Assembly: GCF_009914755.1 (NCBI RefSeq)
Contig: NC_060925.1
Reading direction: 5' to 3' (one strand)
Length of the DNA: 64,000 bases
Source of the DNA: the human T2T-CHM13v2.0 reference genome, Homo sapiens
The notes under the pieces were generated by a model. That model had not been told where the DNA came from and ran no database searches. It saw only the letters and a list, made by a program, of their open reading frames with translations. Both the position numbers and the translations under genes were made by a program. Of the stretch, positions 42,084 to 55,005 are shown piece by piece (position 1 is the stretch's first letter; the number at the start of each line of letters is the position of its first letter).

Positions 42084-43411
42084 ACACTATTCGATGGATC
42101 TCAGGAGAACATCGTTAATGGAAACCAAATCCATTTCTGAATGAAGACAATGTCTGTAATTGACTGCACCAGAGATTTCTGGCATGTGAGGAAAGTTGGA
42201 ATGGAAAAAAGCTTTCTCAAGAGAGAAAAGGTTGAACAACCTCTACAGGGCAGGCTGAACTAATTTACATGTAGCCAAAGCACTACTCTTCCATCATCAT
42301 TTCTAAAGTTATTAAAATAACTGAGTTATTCCTCACAGCTACGGGTAGAGGCCCAATATCTCTCTGAGGTACTCTAACGAGACATTTGTTTAAAGAATCC
42401 CAAGTATCCTTCCTTAACTTCTTATCATTTGAGAGTCCCAAATTACTTACGTGATAGCAAAATAGCTGAAGCTGGTTCCACCATCAGTGATGGTCAAAGG
42501 ACAAGCTGTTTAGTATGTTTAGTATAAGCCTTTGCTTTTCATGAACTCCCTAATGCTTTCGTGAACTCTGTAATTGGATCATATATCATTCTCAGAAAAG
42601 AAATCATAAATGCAAAGGGGTTGGGAAAGCACTCTAGCAATTTGCTGTCCCTTCAGCTTTAGTAAATGCTTGTGTTTGTCTGTGATCATTGAAGCCTTGT
42701 TGATGCAAACTGTTTTCAGGGCTGCTACAACTCACTGTGGGTTGCTCAGCAACCTGCTAGGGTAGACACACCAGCACCAACTTCAGCTGATTGAACCTCC
42801 TAAGATATACAGTGGGGTTAGGACCAGAATTTCCTGATTTGGTCATCATTACAGCAGCTGATAGAGGAAGGGAGAGAGGTTGTGCTAAGTGGAAGGCCCT
42901 GTGCAGGACATATGTTGCGCTGATATCTTTTTTAGTCTTCCTAGTAATTAAATAAGGTTAGCAGTAATACATCAATTTTAAAGAGAAATATCAGTGCCAA
43001 AGGGGGATAAGTAACTTTCTGAAGGCTACCCACAAACTAAGACTTGGAGGCCATATTCTAGTCTAAAATCCAGTGTCTGTGCTTTCATCACCCAAAAGAA
43101 AAGATATCAATGGGTAGAATTAAAATCCAGACAGATAGGAGGGTAAAAAAAAAAGACAGTAGTTACAAAAGGTAACTGAAACTTTAAAATATAGATGCCA
43201 AAAGTCCATGGTAGATGATTCTTTTTAAAATAGAAGTCAGCAAATACAATAAGTCTGCCATGAAAAAGAAAAAAATTATTTTAAAATACAATATAAAACC
43301 TCATTAGAGGGGGTTAGAAAGTGAAATTAGAACACATGCCCAAGTGTCTGAGGCTGCTAAAATCTCTTCACTCCCTAACCTGGGTCATAGTGTATAAAAA
43401 TTATTATTCTA

Positions 43412-43652
43412 GAAAACATTTAATGAGCATTTACTATGTTCTAGAGACTGTCTCAGGTTCTTCACTTATGTTAGTCCACTGAATCCTCTAATAGCCCTAT
43501 GGGATATATGCTGTTATGATGGCTATTTTATAGATGAAGAAACTGAGAAACAAAGGGGTGAAGTAACTTGCCCAAGCTTCTGCAGCTAGGAAATCGACAT
43601 TGGTTGATCCCATGCAGTCTGGCACTGGAGCCGGTGCCCTTAGCCACCATGC
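43412..43652 (-). mobile_element. MIR, near full length
   Basis: attttatagatgaagaaactgag...aagtaacttgcccaag core. Confidence 0.8.
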
Positions 43653-44092
43653 TGACTGACTCCACAGGACACATGAGCCACATTTCCATCAGTCGAGAAG
43701 ACAAAGGATCAGAATAGGACTCCAGTGCTGCTATGTACAATCACAGTTTCTCTGATTAAAAATGTGGAAGACCATCCCAACGGCTGCAATAAGCATGAGG
43801 TCAAATGCCTCCCATTTAAGATCCCCTACTGATATGACCTTGTACCTGGATTCACAGTGAGCAACACCACAGCCAGGCCAATCTCCGAGCTTTTGCCGCA
43901 TCTATTTCTTGCTGTTCCCAAAGGCATCTCCACATGGATCAGTGCCTCTAAACACATCCTACCCAAAAGTTGATGCAATCACTTCTCTCCCAGCTCCATT
44001 AGCAGAGGTTGAAGTCCTAGTAAGAATTACTCATATGTGGAGATATTAAGTCCTAGTAAGTTGAAGTCCTAGTAAGAAATACTCAGTATATT

Positions 44093-44861
<769 letters not shown>

Positions 44862-45344
44862 CTATCCTCAGTGCTCTCCTGCTAGCCTGGGCTTACTATG
44901 ACCATGATAACCCACTGGATTTACTCACCCATTTCATTCTCTCTGAGATTAATATGTTTTCATTATTTTTATCCTTTGGTCCTAACCAATCACCTGGCTC
45001 ATTACAAGCACTTTTGTTGGCCAAGATTCTTCCTATCATTCTATTTTAAATAAAATTTTTTCAAACTGGTTAATTTCCACATCCAGGTAATGTCCAAAAG
45101 TCTCAAGATTTCTGTCAATTCCCATGGTCTTTCAATATCAGAATCTTCTCTGTTTCTTGTCCCTGTATCACTGATTCACCTCTGCATCTGTGTGGACACA
45201 GAACTCACTAGTTATGAAAAATATGCACTCTGTCAAGTGTATTATAATCCAAGTAGAATATTCTGCTAATTTTGAAGGGATGTTGGTGGGGAAAGGGAAT
45301 CACACCTTGGAGTCCAGATGGCATCCTACCAACTCTCTGCATTG

Positions 45345-45359
45345 CTCTCTCTCTCTCTT

Positions 45360-45408
<49 letters not shown>
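45345..45408. repeat. (CT)n microsatellite
   Basis: Direct reading. Confidence 0.95.
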
Positions 45409-45412
<4 letters not shown>

Positions 45413-46172
45413 ACGGGCTCCCTGCCATGAAGCAATAATTTTCTTACCTGATTGCACCTTCTGAAGAATGGTTCCAACCCCACACCAAACTCCTCAAGAC
45501 ATCAAAGTTCACCTCAAGCACTTATTAAGGTTTTCTTCCAAATAATGAGGCTCCCTTTCGAAGCATAATACGTATCGCTGTATGTTTTAGCCTCTTAAAA
45601 ACTGAATTAAAATGGGAGGTTATAAAATTACTGTGGCTACCTTTTAGTTTCTCCCTCTGCTCTTGTAATCCAGTTTTCCAAAATACCTCTAATACCTCTC
45701 CTACACTGCCCTAAAGTCCAGTGTGGCTGTAAGTGGGCAGTTTTGTGTTCCTAGTGAAGAGACATCTTGGAAGAGAAAAGAAATTATAATCAACTCACAG
45801 TTTTGAATACCATGTGTCAGGAACTATTGTAAGTTCTCTCTATATATTACCTTATTTAAACTGGCTTAGAGAGGTTAAGTGTTCAAGGTCATAGAACTAT
45901 TTGGACACCCAGCTTCATCTTACTCGAAAGCCCTTGCTCTTGACCACTGCAGCATAGTGCCACCATAGAATAGCTGCCCCGGGCTTTAGTCATCAGAAGG
46001 AGGCATTTAGCAAAATGTTGTTCTCCATTTCCTGCTCTTCTATAATGGAAGGAGAGGTAAACAGAGAAATATGGAGGAAAGTACCAATTCTCAAAATAAA
46101 GTTGAAAAATACCACAGAAGCTTTTTCATCTAGGAGGCAATTCAGGACCATTCGCAGAAGAAAAGATAAAAC

Positions 46173-46339
46173 GGCTGGGCTCAGTGATGCTCTCCTGCAA
46201 TCCCAGCTTCTCGGGAGGCTGGAGCAGAGGTTCGCTGGAGCCCAGCAGTTCAAGGCTGGGTAGTACGCTTTTGATTGCGCCTGTGAATAGCCACTGCACT
46301 CCAGCCTGGGCAACATAACCAGACCCCATCTCTCAAAAA
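46173..46339 (+). mobile_element. Fossil Alu monomer (FAM), 7SL-derived
   Basis: Retains the 7SL-like gcgcctgtgaatagccactgcactccagcctgggcaacata segment. Confidence 0.8.
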
Positions 46340-46749
46340 TACATAGATGAGAGAGCAAATTGGTTTACTTGCCTCATGATAGTTTTAAATGGAGCCAGCT
46401 AGAGTGGGACAGTTAGCCAGCTAGAGTGGGATAGTTTTAAATGGAGCCAGCTAGAGTGGAGTCTCTTTAATAAACTCTCCTCTCAAAAATGAACCAAGGC
46501 ACTACCCTTCCCACATGTGGCTTTGGGCTGCAATTTTTTAATGAGAATTTCCTTCCCACATACACATACCCCACACTTAAATACCACTCAACCAATTTGT
46601 TTTGATTTAGTTTTCATTAGCCAGGTTTACTGGGGTGGGAATGCTGGGGAAGGGGAGGATGGTGGTTATTGGTTCTTACTGTTGTACTTTAGTCTATGTG
46701 GCAAGAATGATTCCTTATCATAATAGCTATCAATTTCTTTTTGTTACAG

Positions 46750-46774
46750 AGGTTCACCAGATAGAGATGGAATT
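46750..46774 (+). CDS. SGIP1: SGIP1 coding exon 3, 25-nt microexon: (T)GSPDRDGI
   Basis: Acceptor tttctttttgttacag|A, donor ATT|gtaagt; AC+A completes the Thr codon from exon 2 and restores phase 0. Confidence 0.95.
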
Positions 46775-47760
46775 GTAAGTATTTAAATAACCATTTTTAC
46801 TGAGTTTGTGCTTCAATATATGCTATGTTTAAATTTCTCAAAGCCCTTTTTTTTTCCTGTAGGGAAAAAAATAGCTTGAATGACTTTTTGGACCTCTCAC
46901 TATTGGAATTTTCTATATTAATTGCATGGGACATAAACATAGTCCTGGTCAAGCTAGACTTATTTATGGCATTTACCTAAAACCCTGCCCCAGAGCAGGC
47001 AGGAAAACAGATGGTGGGTCACAAGCCAGACAGTTCACGCAGGGGCTGCTCCCATCAACTGTTATTTCATTTCCAATTTAATGATGTAAAAGCTCATTAT
47101 GGGAGAATGTTTTTCTCCAACAGAGGCCACAAAGTTGTAATGAAGCTGAGATCCAAGAAAATTCAAAGAAGCTTTTCCCCTTTAGTAGTTGTGCTGCAGA
47201 TACATTTTCTATATTAAATTCAAAAGTAGGAGATGGTCTTGAAAACCACTTAAGCCTGAATTTACAGCCTGAAAGAGGAAAATGTGTCCACTGGGTTTAG
47301 ATTTAACAGTTAACTCTGACTCCTTGCTGGCCACCAGAATTCTTGCTTTTTAAAGAAGTCCGTGGTGCATGGGCTTAGATTTATCCGAGTTGTGCTTACG
47401 GGAGTCTGCACCGACTCCTAAAATGACTTCCTTCAAATCTAAATCAGATGCCTATTCAGAAGGTTCAAAAGAACAGCTGTTACTGAAAAAAAAAATGGAC
47501 TTACATTAGGCTCATTGGGCTGGAGTGGGAACTAAAATAAACCTGATGGTTAAAAAATTTTTTAAATCACCCTTCACAATATTATACATAAACTGGGGTG
47601 TTAATTGCAGCTATAGCAGGAATTTTCCTTCCACACTTGACTCAAGGTTCTTAGCTTTGGGGCGCCTTTTGCCTTCATGTGGTTCTTACCATGAAATGTT
47701 AAGAAAATAGACTGAAATTGATCAGACATTGGGTAACACTATAATCAAGGCTCTATTCAG

Positions 47761-47844
47761 CAGGGGAAAAAAAAGACCCAGAAGACTCAGCTTCTCCTCA
47801 CCTCTTGCTTCTGGCTCAGAGCCCTCTCGTTAACTCTGTCTCAG
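47761..47844 (+). CDS. SGIP1: SGIP1 alternative cassette exon (84 nt): QGKKKTQKTQLLLTSCFWLRALSLTLSQ, SGIP1-alpha-type 28-aa insert
   Basis: Acceptor ctctattcag|CAG, donor CAG|gtactc, phase 0/0, no stop; length and position match the 28-aa N-terminal insert I recall for SGIP1-alpha. Confidence 0.8.
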
Positions 47845-49624
47845 GTACTCTCTGCTTCTGTGTCTCTTCTTTGCTTCCGGCTTGGTCCCCTCCCTGGGTT
47901 CTCTGGTCCCCTCTGACCTTTGCAAAGCTCTGTTAGCTACTCTGCTTTCTATCCTTGCTGCTCCCAGACTGGATTGCTATTCCTTGCTTCTCTACCTCTG
48001 CCACTCTCAGTCTTGTCCTTATTTTCTTTCTCCAAACCCCTGCTCATTGTCTCTAAGGCCCCCTTGCTGCTTCACTATTCTCTGTGTTCTGAGCAGCACC
48101 AACTTAAATCTCTGGTAGAATGTGCACCCTGGTACCTGGTACAGCAGCTGACACGTGGCAGGCAATGATGAGTATGTGCTGCATTAATGAACCCAGCAGT
48201 CATTCTGGGGACGCATCCCCCCAGGGCAGGGCTTCATGCCTGAGTTCCCCAAGTCCTTCACCATTCCAAATCATATGACGTTCTTTATTAGCAGTTGTGC
48301 CCACTTCGTTACTTAATTAGAAATGCCATAAATATCACTGATCATGATTATTAGGAAAGATAAATTAGTTAATTTTGATTTCTTAGGAAATAACACAGAC
48401 CTGTTCTGGAAAAGGCTACGTTCAAAATAAATGCACTTCCTCAGAAACAGGCTTTATAGGTAATTGGACATTATTAGCCAGCTGCTGGTTTTACCATTTA
48501 GAAATGTTCTCCAAGTTTTCCACGTTTACTATGGTCACTGAATTTTGGAAACCAGTGCTAACTGAGTTTCTGTCTGCATTCAGTTCTCAGAGATACCGAC
48601 CTGATTTTCCTTCAAACTCAGACTGATTTCCTTCAGCCCTTGTTTCTATAGACCCAGTTCACTTTTGCTTGGCTGATATAGCTTTCAAATTATTGCCTTT
48701 TGAATGTCAAGTGTTGAAATGTGTGGTTTCATTAATGTAGTTCCACAAACTACAGGTGGTGGTGCACCTACCTAATGCTTATAAACTACTTGGTAAACAC
48801 AAGCTTTAATGTACTGTTGTTTATTTAATGCCAGTTTCTCAAAATCTAACGAAGCTCATCTCTGGTGACAATGCTTCTGAGGTTTAACCTATAGAGGCTT
48901 CGCAGCAGGGCTGCATGCATGAAGGTGGGCCTTGCTCCCCACTGGCTGAATGTACCCATCACTGGCAGAGCTGTCTGTCATGGTGTCCGAGTGTGACAAT
49001 GCATCCTAACCTAGACACAAACTCTAATTTATGCAGGGCAAACTAACTTTTTTCCAAGCAGTTCCAGTTTCCCTCCACACATAGACTTGGAACATCAGGG
49101 TCATAGCCTTTGCTGTGAGAAGGTCATTTTTTATCACCCTGAACAGGTGTGCAGGAAAGGGCACAGATTTGGAGCTATCAGCTGTGTGTGCTGTATGTAT
49201 TTGTGACCCACAGGAAGGCTTTGATCCAGGCTAAACTGAACTTTTCCTACTTAGGTTAGAAATACAAACATTTTTATTCAGTCTCTTCTTGTGTGTCCTT
49301 GTGCCTGTTCTCTACGTGTAAATTAAATGCTGGCTGTATGAGAAATAGATCCACATGGTCCCTAGTGCCTGGGACATATCTTCCTCCTCCTCCCTTCTTC
49401 TCTTGGCCTAACCAAGCTGGCCTGCTGAATAGAGCCTCATTATGGGCCCCAAAGTCCACTCTTTGCTTAAGGAACCCTGCCAAGATTGGTAGGCCGTATG
49501 ATTTGGCCTAGAGATGGTTTCTTCTATGGTATGTTTGCTGACTCCATGTAATTCTTTATATGTGTCTTGAAGAACAAGCAGATCTTTTAACCACTTTTTT
49601 CTACATGAAAACAATCAATTCCAG

Positions 49625-49696
49625 CAGCCCAGCCCACACGAACCACCCTACAATAGCAAAGCAGAGTGTGCGCGTGAAGGAGGAAAAAAAGTTTCG
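49625..49696 (+). CDS. SGIP1: SGIP1 coding exon (72 nt): [24 protein letters not shown]
   Basis: Acceptor caattccag|CAG (poor pyrimidine tract), donor TCG|gtaagg; phase 0/0; peptide matches canonical SGIP1. Confidence 0.93.
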
Positions 49697-50174
49697 GTAA
49701 GGAAACAGATTTTAGTTTAAAATTTCCAAAGGGTTATAAAAAACAGTGAGTAAAATCCCAATTTAAAATTTGGAAAACACAGTAGTTTTCATTTACTCCG
49801 TTTAAGAAAACTCTTAGGTATTTCCAAATGACTTCTTGAATATCTGGGGCCAATTTTTAAATTAACCATATAGACTTTATGGACTGACATCTGAATATAC
49901 TTTTAAAGAGTGATCACACATAAAAGATGTGTGTTACCTGTTTCATCGACAAAGGACAGGAATTCAAATTTTAAAAAGAATCTACTATCTATAAAGAAGC
50001 CTTTGGCTATAATAGAAATATCACCACATAAATTGAGTAGTCATTTCTTAGGATAAGCACTGTCTCAATAACATCAGGAATTTGGCAGAAACTTGATCTG
50101 TAGGAGCCAGTGTATTTGACCAAAGGACATTGAGTCGGGGATGCTGACCCTAGCCCAAACTCTGTAGTACCTAT

Positions 50175-50350
50175 AGCCGTGTTGTACATTATGGTAGCCA
50201 CATGTGACTATTTAATTAAAATTCAGTTCCTCAGTTGCACTTGACACATTTCAAGTACTTCATAGCCACTTGTGGCTAGTGGCTACCATCTTGGATAGCA
50301 CACAGGTAGAATATTGCCATCTTCACAGATATTTCTATTGGGCCGTGCTG
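50175..50350. mobile_element. MER3-like hAT DNA transposon
   Basis: aaaattcagttcctcagttgcact...catttcaagt...tagccacttgtggctagtggctacc. Confidence 0.75.
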
Positions 50351-51118
50351 TTCTATAGAATTATTTACAAAGTGAGTCAGGTCTACCACAGTGGAGAAAA
50401 GATAATATTTAGGCAGTACGTCATGTACCTTTAACACGCCCCACCCAAGGATCATTACCTGGCCATGAGCTGACCTTGAAAGCCAGAGGCATTCCCAATG
50501 GAAACTGAGAATTTTGATGAATGTATAATTGAACTTAACTGTCACTATATTTATCTATTTAGCCCATCATGTTATCTAAGAACAGATAATGTATGCCTAA
50601 CCAAAGTAAAATACCTATGAAGACATGATTAGCGTCACTGTGAGTCTCAGTTATCTTTAAATAATAATCATATTCAAGTTATAGAAGTTACTTATGTTAA
50701 GGTAGGATTTTTGAATTTTAAGAAATACAAAAAAAAGGAAAAGGTAAAAATCTATATAATTACAATTCCAAGAGAAAAATCGTTGTTTATATGTTGGTGC
50801 CTAACTGATATTTCCTTTACTCTTAAGCCTGGTTTTTAAGTGGTGTTTCCCCACTTCACTGATATTCTTCCTTGCTTCTTCTTCTTGAAAGTTTTCCATT
50901 TGAAAATCAATAGACTCATTATCTTCACTATTACTAGTACTACAGTTGCACCTTTCTCAATGGTTAAACCAACAAAGAATTGTTTTTTTCTTGGGTTTGA
51001 GCCAGAAGAATTCCATCCAGGCTCTGGCCTAACTTTAACTTGATAATTTTCACTTGGGAAACCAAAGATATTTGTAAGAATCCACTGGCATAACTGAGAC
51101 CAAATTCCTCTAATAAAG

Positions 51119-51120
<2 letters not shown>

Positions 51121-51164
<44 letters not shown>
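51121..51164. repeat. (GT)22 microsatellite
   Basis: Direct reading. Confidence 0.97.
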
Positions 51165-51165
<1 letters not shown>

Positions 51166-53450
51166 GAATATCTGCCAAAAATAATGTATTGTTATGATTT
51201 GTTGTTTGTTTTTAGTATTCATTTTTAAAGTGTCCCTATTTTTGAAGAAAAAATTTCTACAAGTTTTGTTTTCCCTTTATCTCAATCTTCCTTTGGTTTT
51301 CATGCAAACTGGGAAATTTTCACTCTGCCTAGATCGTCAAATTTAGAACTCAGCTTTCTTTCTACAGTATTAGATATATGTTGTCAGGAAGGAAAGAAAA
51401 ACAAGTATATATATATATCTGTGTGTGTGTATAGGTATCTGTGTATGTCTATTTATATATATGCATGTGTGTGTATGTATGTGTGTATGTATATGTGTGT
51501 GTACATATACATACACACATATATACATACACACATACATACACACAAATATATATATATATAAACTGTTTAGCTGAACATATAAGCCATCTTGGTTTTT
51601 AAGGGCCTTAGTTACGAAGATGAGATTATCATGGAAGCAAACTGTAGAACTTTGAAAATTTTGAACTCAGTAATTTATCTAATCTGTGGTTTTGGGTAAC
51701 AATCCTAGATCACAAAATTCATGAGTTTACTTCTCTGGAATCTGCTTAGTCCTTTTGATCTCCTATCAATATAAATTAAATGTCTATATTGAACTTGTTT
51801 ATTATATATACTTTCTAAGAAGGAGTGGAGCACTTTGCAAAGAAGTCATATACAAACAGACTGGTAAAGCAGAAATTAAAAGAGAAAGTAAATATGATAA
51901 AGAGAAAATAGGAGCCCTGTCTATTCCCAAGTGAGAGAATAATTTTTATTAAGTGGTACATTATGTAATGGACCAGTTCTCAACAGTGGCTTCGTAACGT
52001 ACACATAGGCAGAGTTCGTATGACAGGTTTTACAAAGACCTTTGTTCAAAGTAGAAAAAATACCACTGAAGCACTAATTCAATGAAGGCAATTATATGGG
52101 AAGATTAAAATGATGTAGTCTGCATACAAATAATCTATGTCAGAAGTGGGACAAAGAGGGAGATGGTCACAGACCTTATGTCCATGGATGCTTGTCTGTG
52201 GAGGCATGGCCCAGTTCTTATATTTGTAAATTCTAGTGCAGTGGTAGTATATTGGAAGAAAGAGGGGATGAACACATTATCTATTTCTTGTGCATTATTC
52301 ACCCTTGCCAAAGCCCTGCTAGTCCATAGAATGCCCAGTCAATATTCACTGTTATTCAATGATAATGATTATTCTGGGTTATCTAGTGATCCTATGTGCA
52401 CACATAAAAATCTAATTTCTCCACCCATTTGTCAAATTGGGTATTAGTTGTTTACATTGCAGTTCAAGTGGCCTTTATTTGTTGTTGCAAAATTAGAGGT
52501 CCTGTGTCCAAGCCTCATGCGTCACCATTTGATGTGTGTTGTTCTGAGATCTGCTATGCGCAGTGACATACCCTTGCTCCATGTGCTAAATATAAGAATG
52601 TTGAATGAACCCTCCTTTACCAACGTGATTTGTGTTTGTCGTTTGCTCACAAGACATAGAAAATCTTGGCAATATCTATTTGGGTGATGCCACATCTTTG
52701 CTCAAGTGCTTGTGGCCATGTGTCATGGTTGTACTAGGGGACAAAGAAAACTTTAAGAAGAGAGTAGTGCTGATATCCAGTAAACTTGCAATGATGCGTG
52801 CTCATGGAGGCACAGATCACATGGATGACAAAAATCCACCATTAATCCTCAAATTCTATTTTTAAAATTTGATAAGAAAAGCCATTTGAAAAAAACATTA
52901 TTTTTAATAACTAGGAACTGAATGAACTGATTTAGAGCTGACTTACTCTGTGTTTTATCAAGGGGGTAGTTACAAAAAAATTGAGTGCTAAAATGCTAAA
53001 AGACTAGTTAATGACTTGGATGAGTACTCTTTGAATATGTTGTAACTAATTGTATATAATAGCAGCATGGAGGTAAAAGTGTTACCATTTAAAATACATA
53101 TATACACGGCTATATCTCCTGTAGATTTAGAGGATTCCATTACAATAAAGGTGCTGCTAATTCTTCAGTAATTGAATAAAATTTGAACAGTTCATCGATA
53201 ATATCCCTGTGCCTCAGTATCCTACAATCTTTTGTGAAATAAGTACATATGCCCTTTTATGCAGTGTCACAGCAGCTAGATTTACCATTCCATTACACAA
53301 ATGTGGCTCCTTAATAAACTGCTCTAATATGTCTTTCCAGTGCTGGATTTTGATAGCTTTTGCTAAATGCAGATAAGAGTTAAATGTTCTTTGTCCCTTT
53401 GTTTTTATTCAAATGTTTTCCTTCTAAATTCATTTTCAAATTTATTACAG

Positions 53451-53507
53451 AAGAAAAGCAATGGGGCACCAAATGGATTTTATGCGGAAATTGATTGGGA
53501 AAGATAT
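53451..53507 (+). CDS. SGIP1: SGIP1 coding exon (57 nt): [19 protein letters not shown]
   Basis: Acceptor tttattacag|AAG, donor TAT|gtgagt; visible within ORF 53367..53555. Confidence 0.96.
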
Positions 53508-53689
53508 GTGAGTATCAGAAGAGTGTTTCTCTTTATTAAGTATTTTACAGTTTAAAAATGAGTTGAGGCATTCTTATAATAGGACTTAGAAATAAGCGAA
53601 ATGCTCTCCATGTCATTAGGAAGTGTCTGGCATATTTAGGATGGGGCTAAGAACAATAGAGTCTGTCAGAACTGGGTTTAAGATCTTGT

Positions 53690-53841
53690 CCAAGCTTGTC
53701 TAACTTTATGAGATTTTTTGTGATTTATTTATTTATTTTAGCTGATCAGCTATTGTTAATGTTAATGTATTTTATGTGTGGCCCAAGACGATTCTTCTTC
53801 TTCCAGTGTGGCCTAGGGAAGCCAAAAGATTGGACACCCTG
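53690..53841. mobile_element. MER30-like DNA transposon fragment
   Basis: tattttatgtgtggcccaagac...ttcttcttccagtgtggcctagggaagccaaaagattggacaccc. Confidence 0.8.
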
Positions 53842-54434
53842 ATCTAGCCCCCACACATATCAGCTGTGTGTGGCCTTGGAGTAGTTATTTGCTGGGTAGC
53901 AAAAAAGAAGTCAGTAGTTACCACGTGTCATTGTTGCAAGGATTCAAGGAGCTAATTATTTGCAAAACATTTCAGTAACCTGCCTAGCCTGTAGTATTTG
54001 TTCAAAAAATGCTTTTTTAATATTAAATCTGGGTGTTTCAGCCCTGGTTCTACTTCTTAGAAGCTTTGAGAATAGAGGCAAGTCAACCTGATTTTGGCAG
54101 GAAAGGCTTCAGGGAGGATGTGACCTCTGGGCAAAGGCCTAACATATACATAGAGGCTAACAGGCTGAACATTTGGGGGAAGAGAATTGCAGGCAGGGGG
54201 AACAGAGTTGATGAGGTCCCTGAAATGAGACAGTGCTTGAAGCACCCAAATCACAAATGTTGGGAAGGAGAGAACATGTGGCTGAGAGGGGATCAATGGA
54301 AGATAATTACAAATGCGAAGCTAGAGAGAGGGGCAGGAGCCAGCCCTGCTGGGCCTTATTGGCTACACAGAGGCACTTGACTTTTGTTCTAAATGCAGCG
54401 AGAAGCCAGGGACGGGTTTTTAGCAGGTAAGTTA

Positions 54435-55005
<571 letters not shown>

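Noticed and set aside
46173-46339. Possible 7SL RNA gene
   Set aside because: Lacks the S domain and is diverged; a fossil Alu monomer
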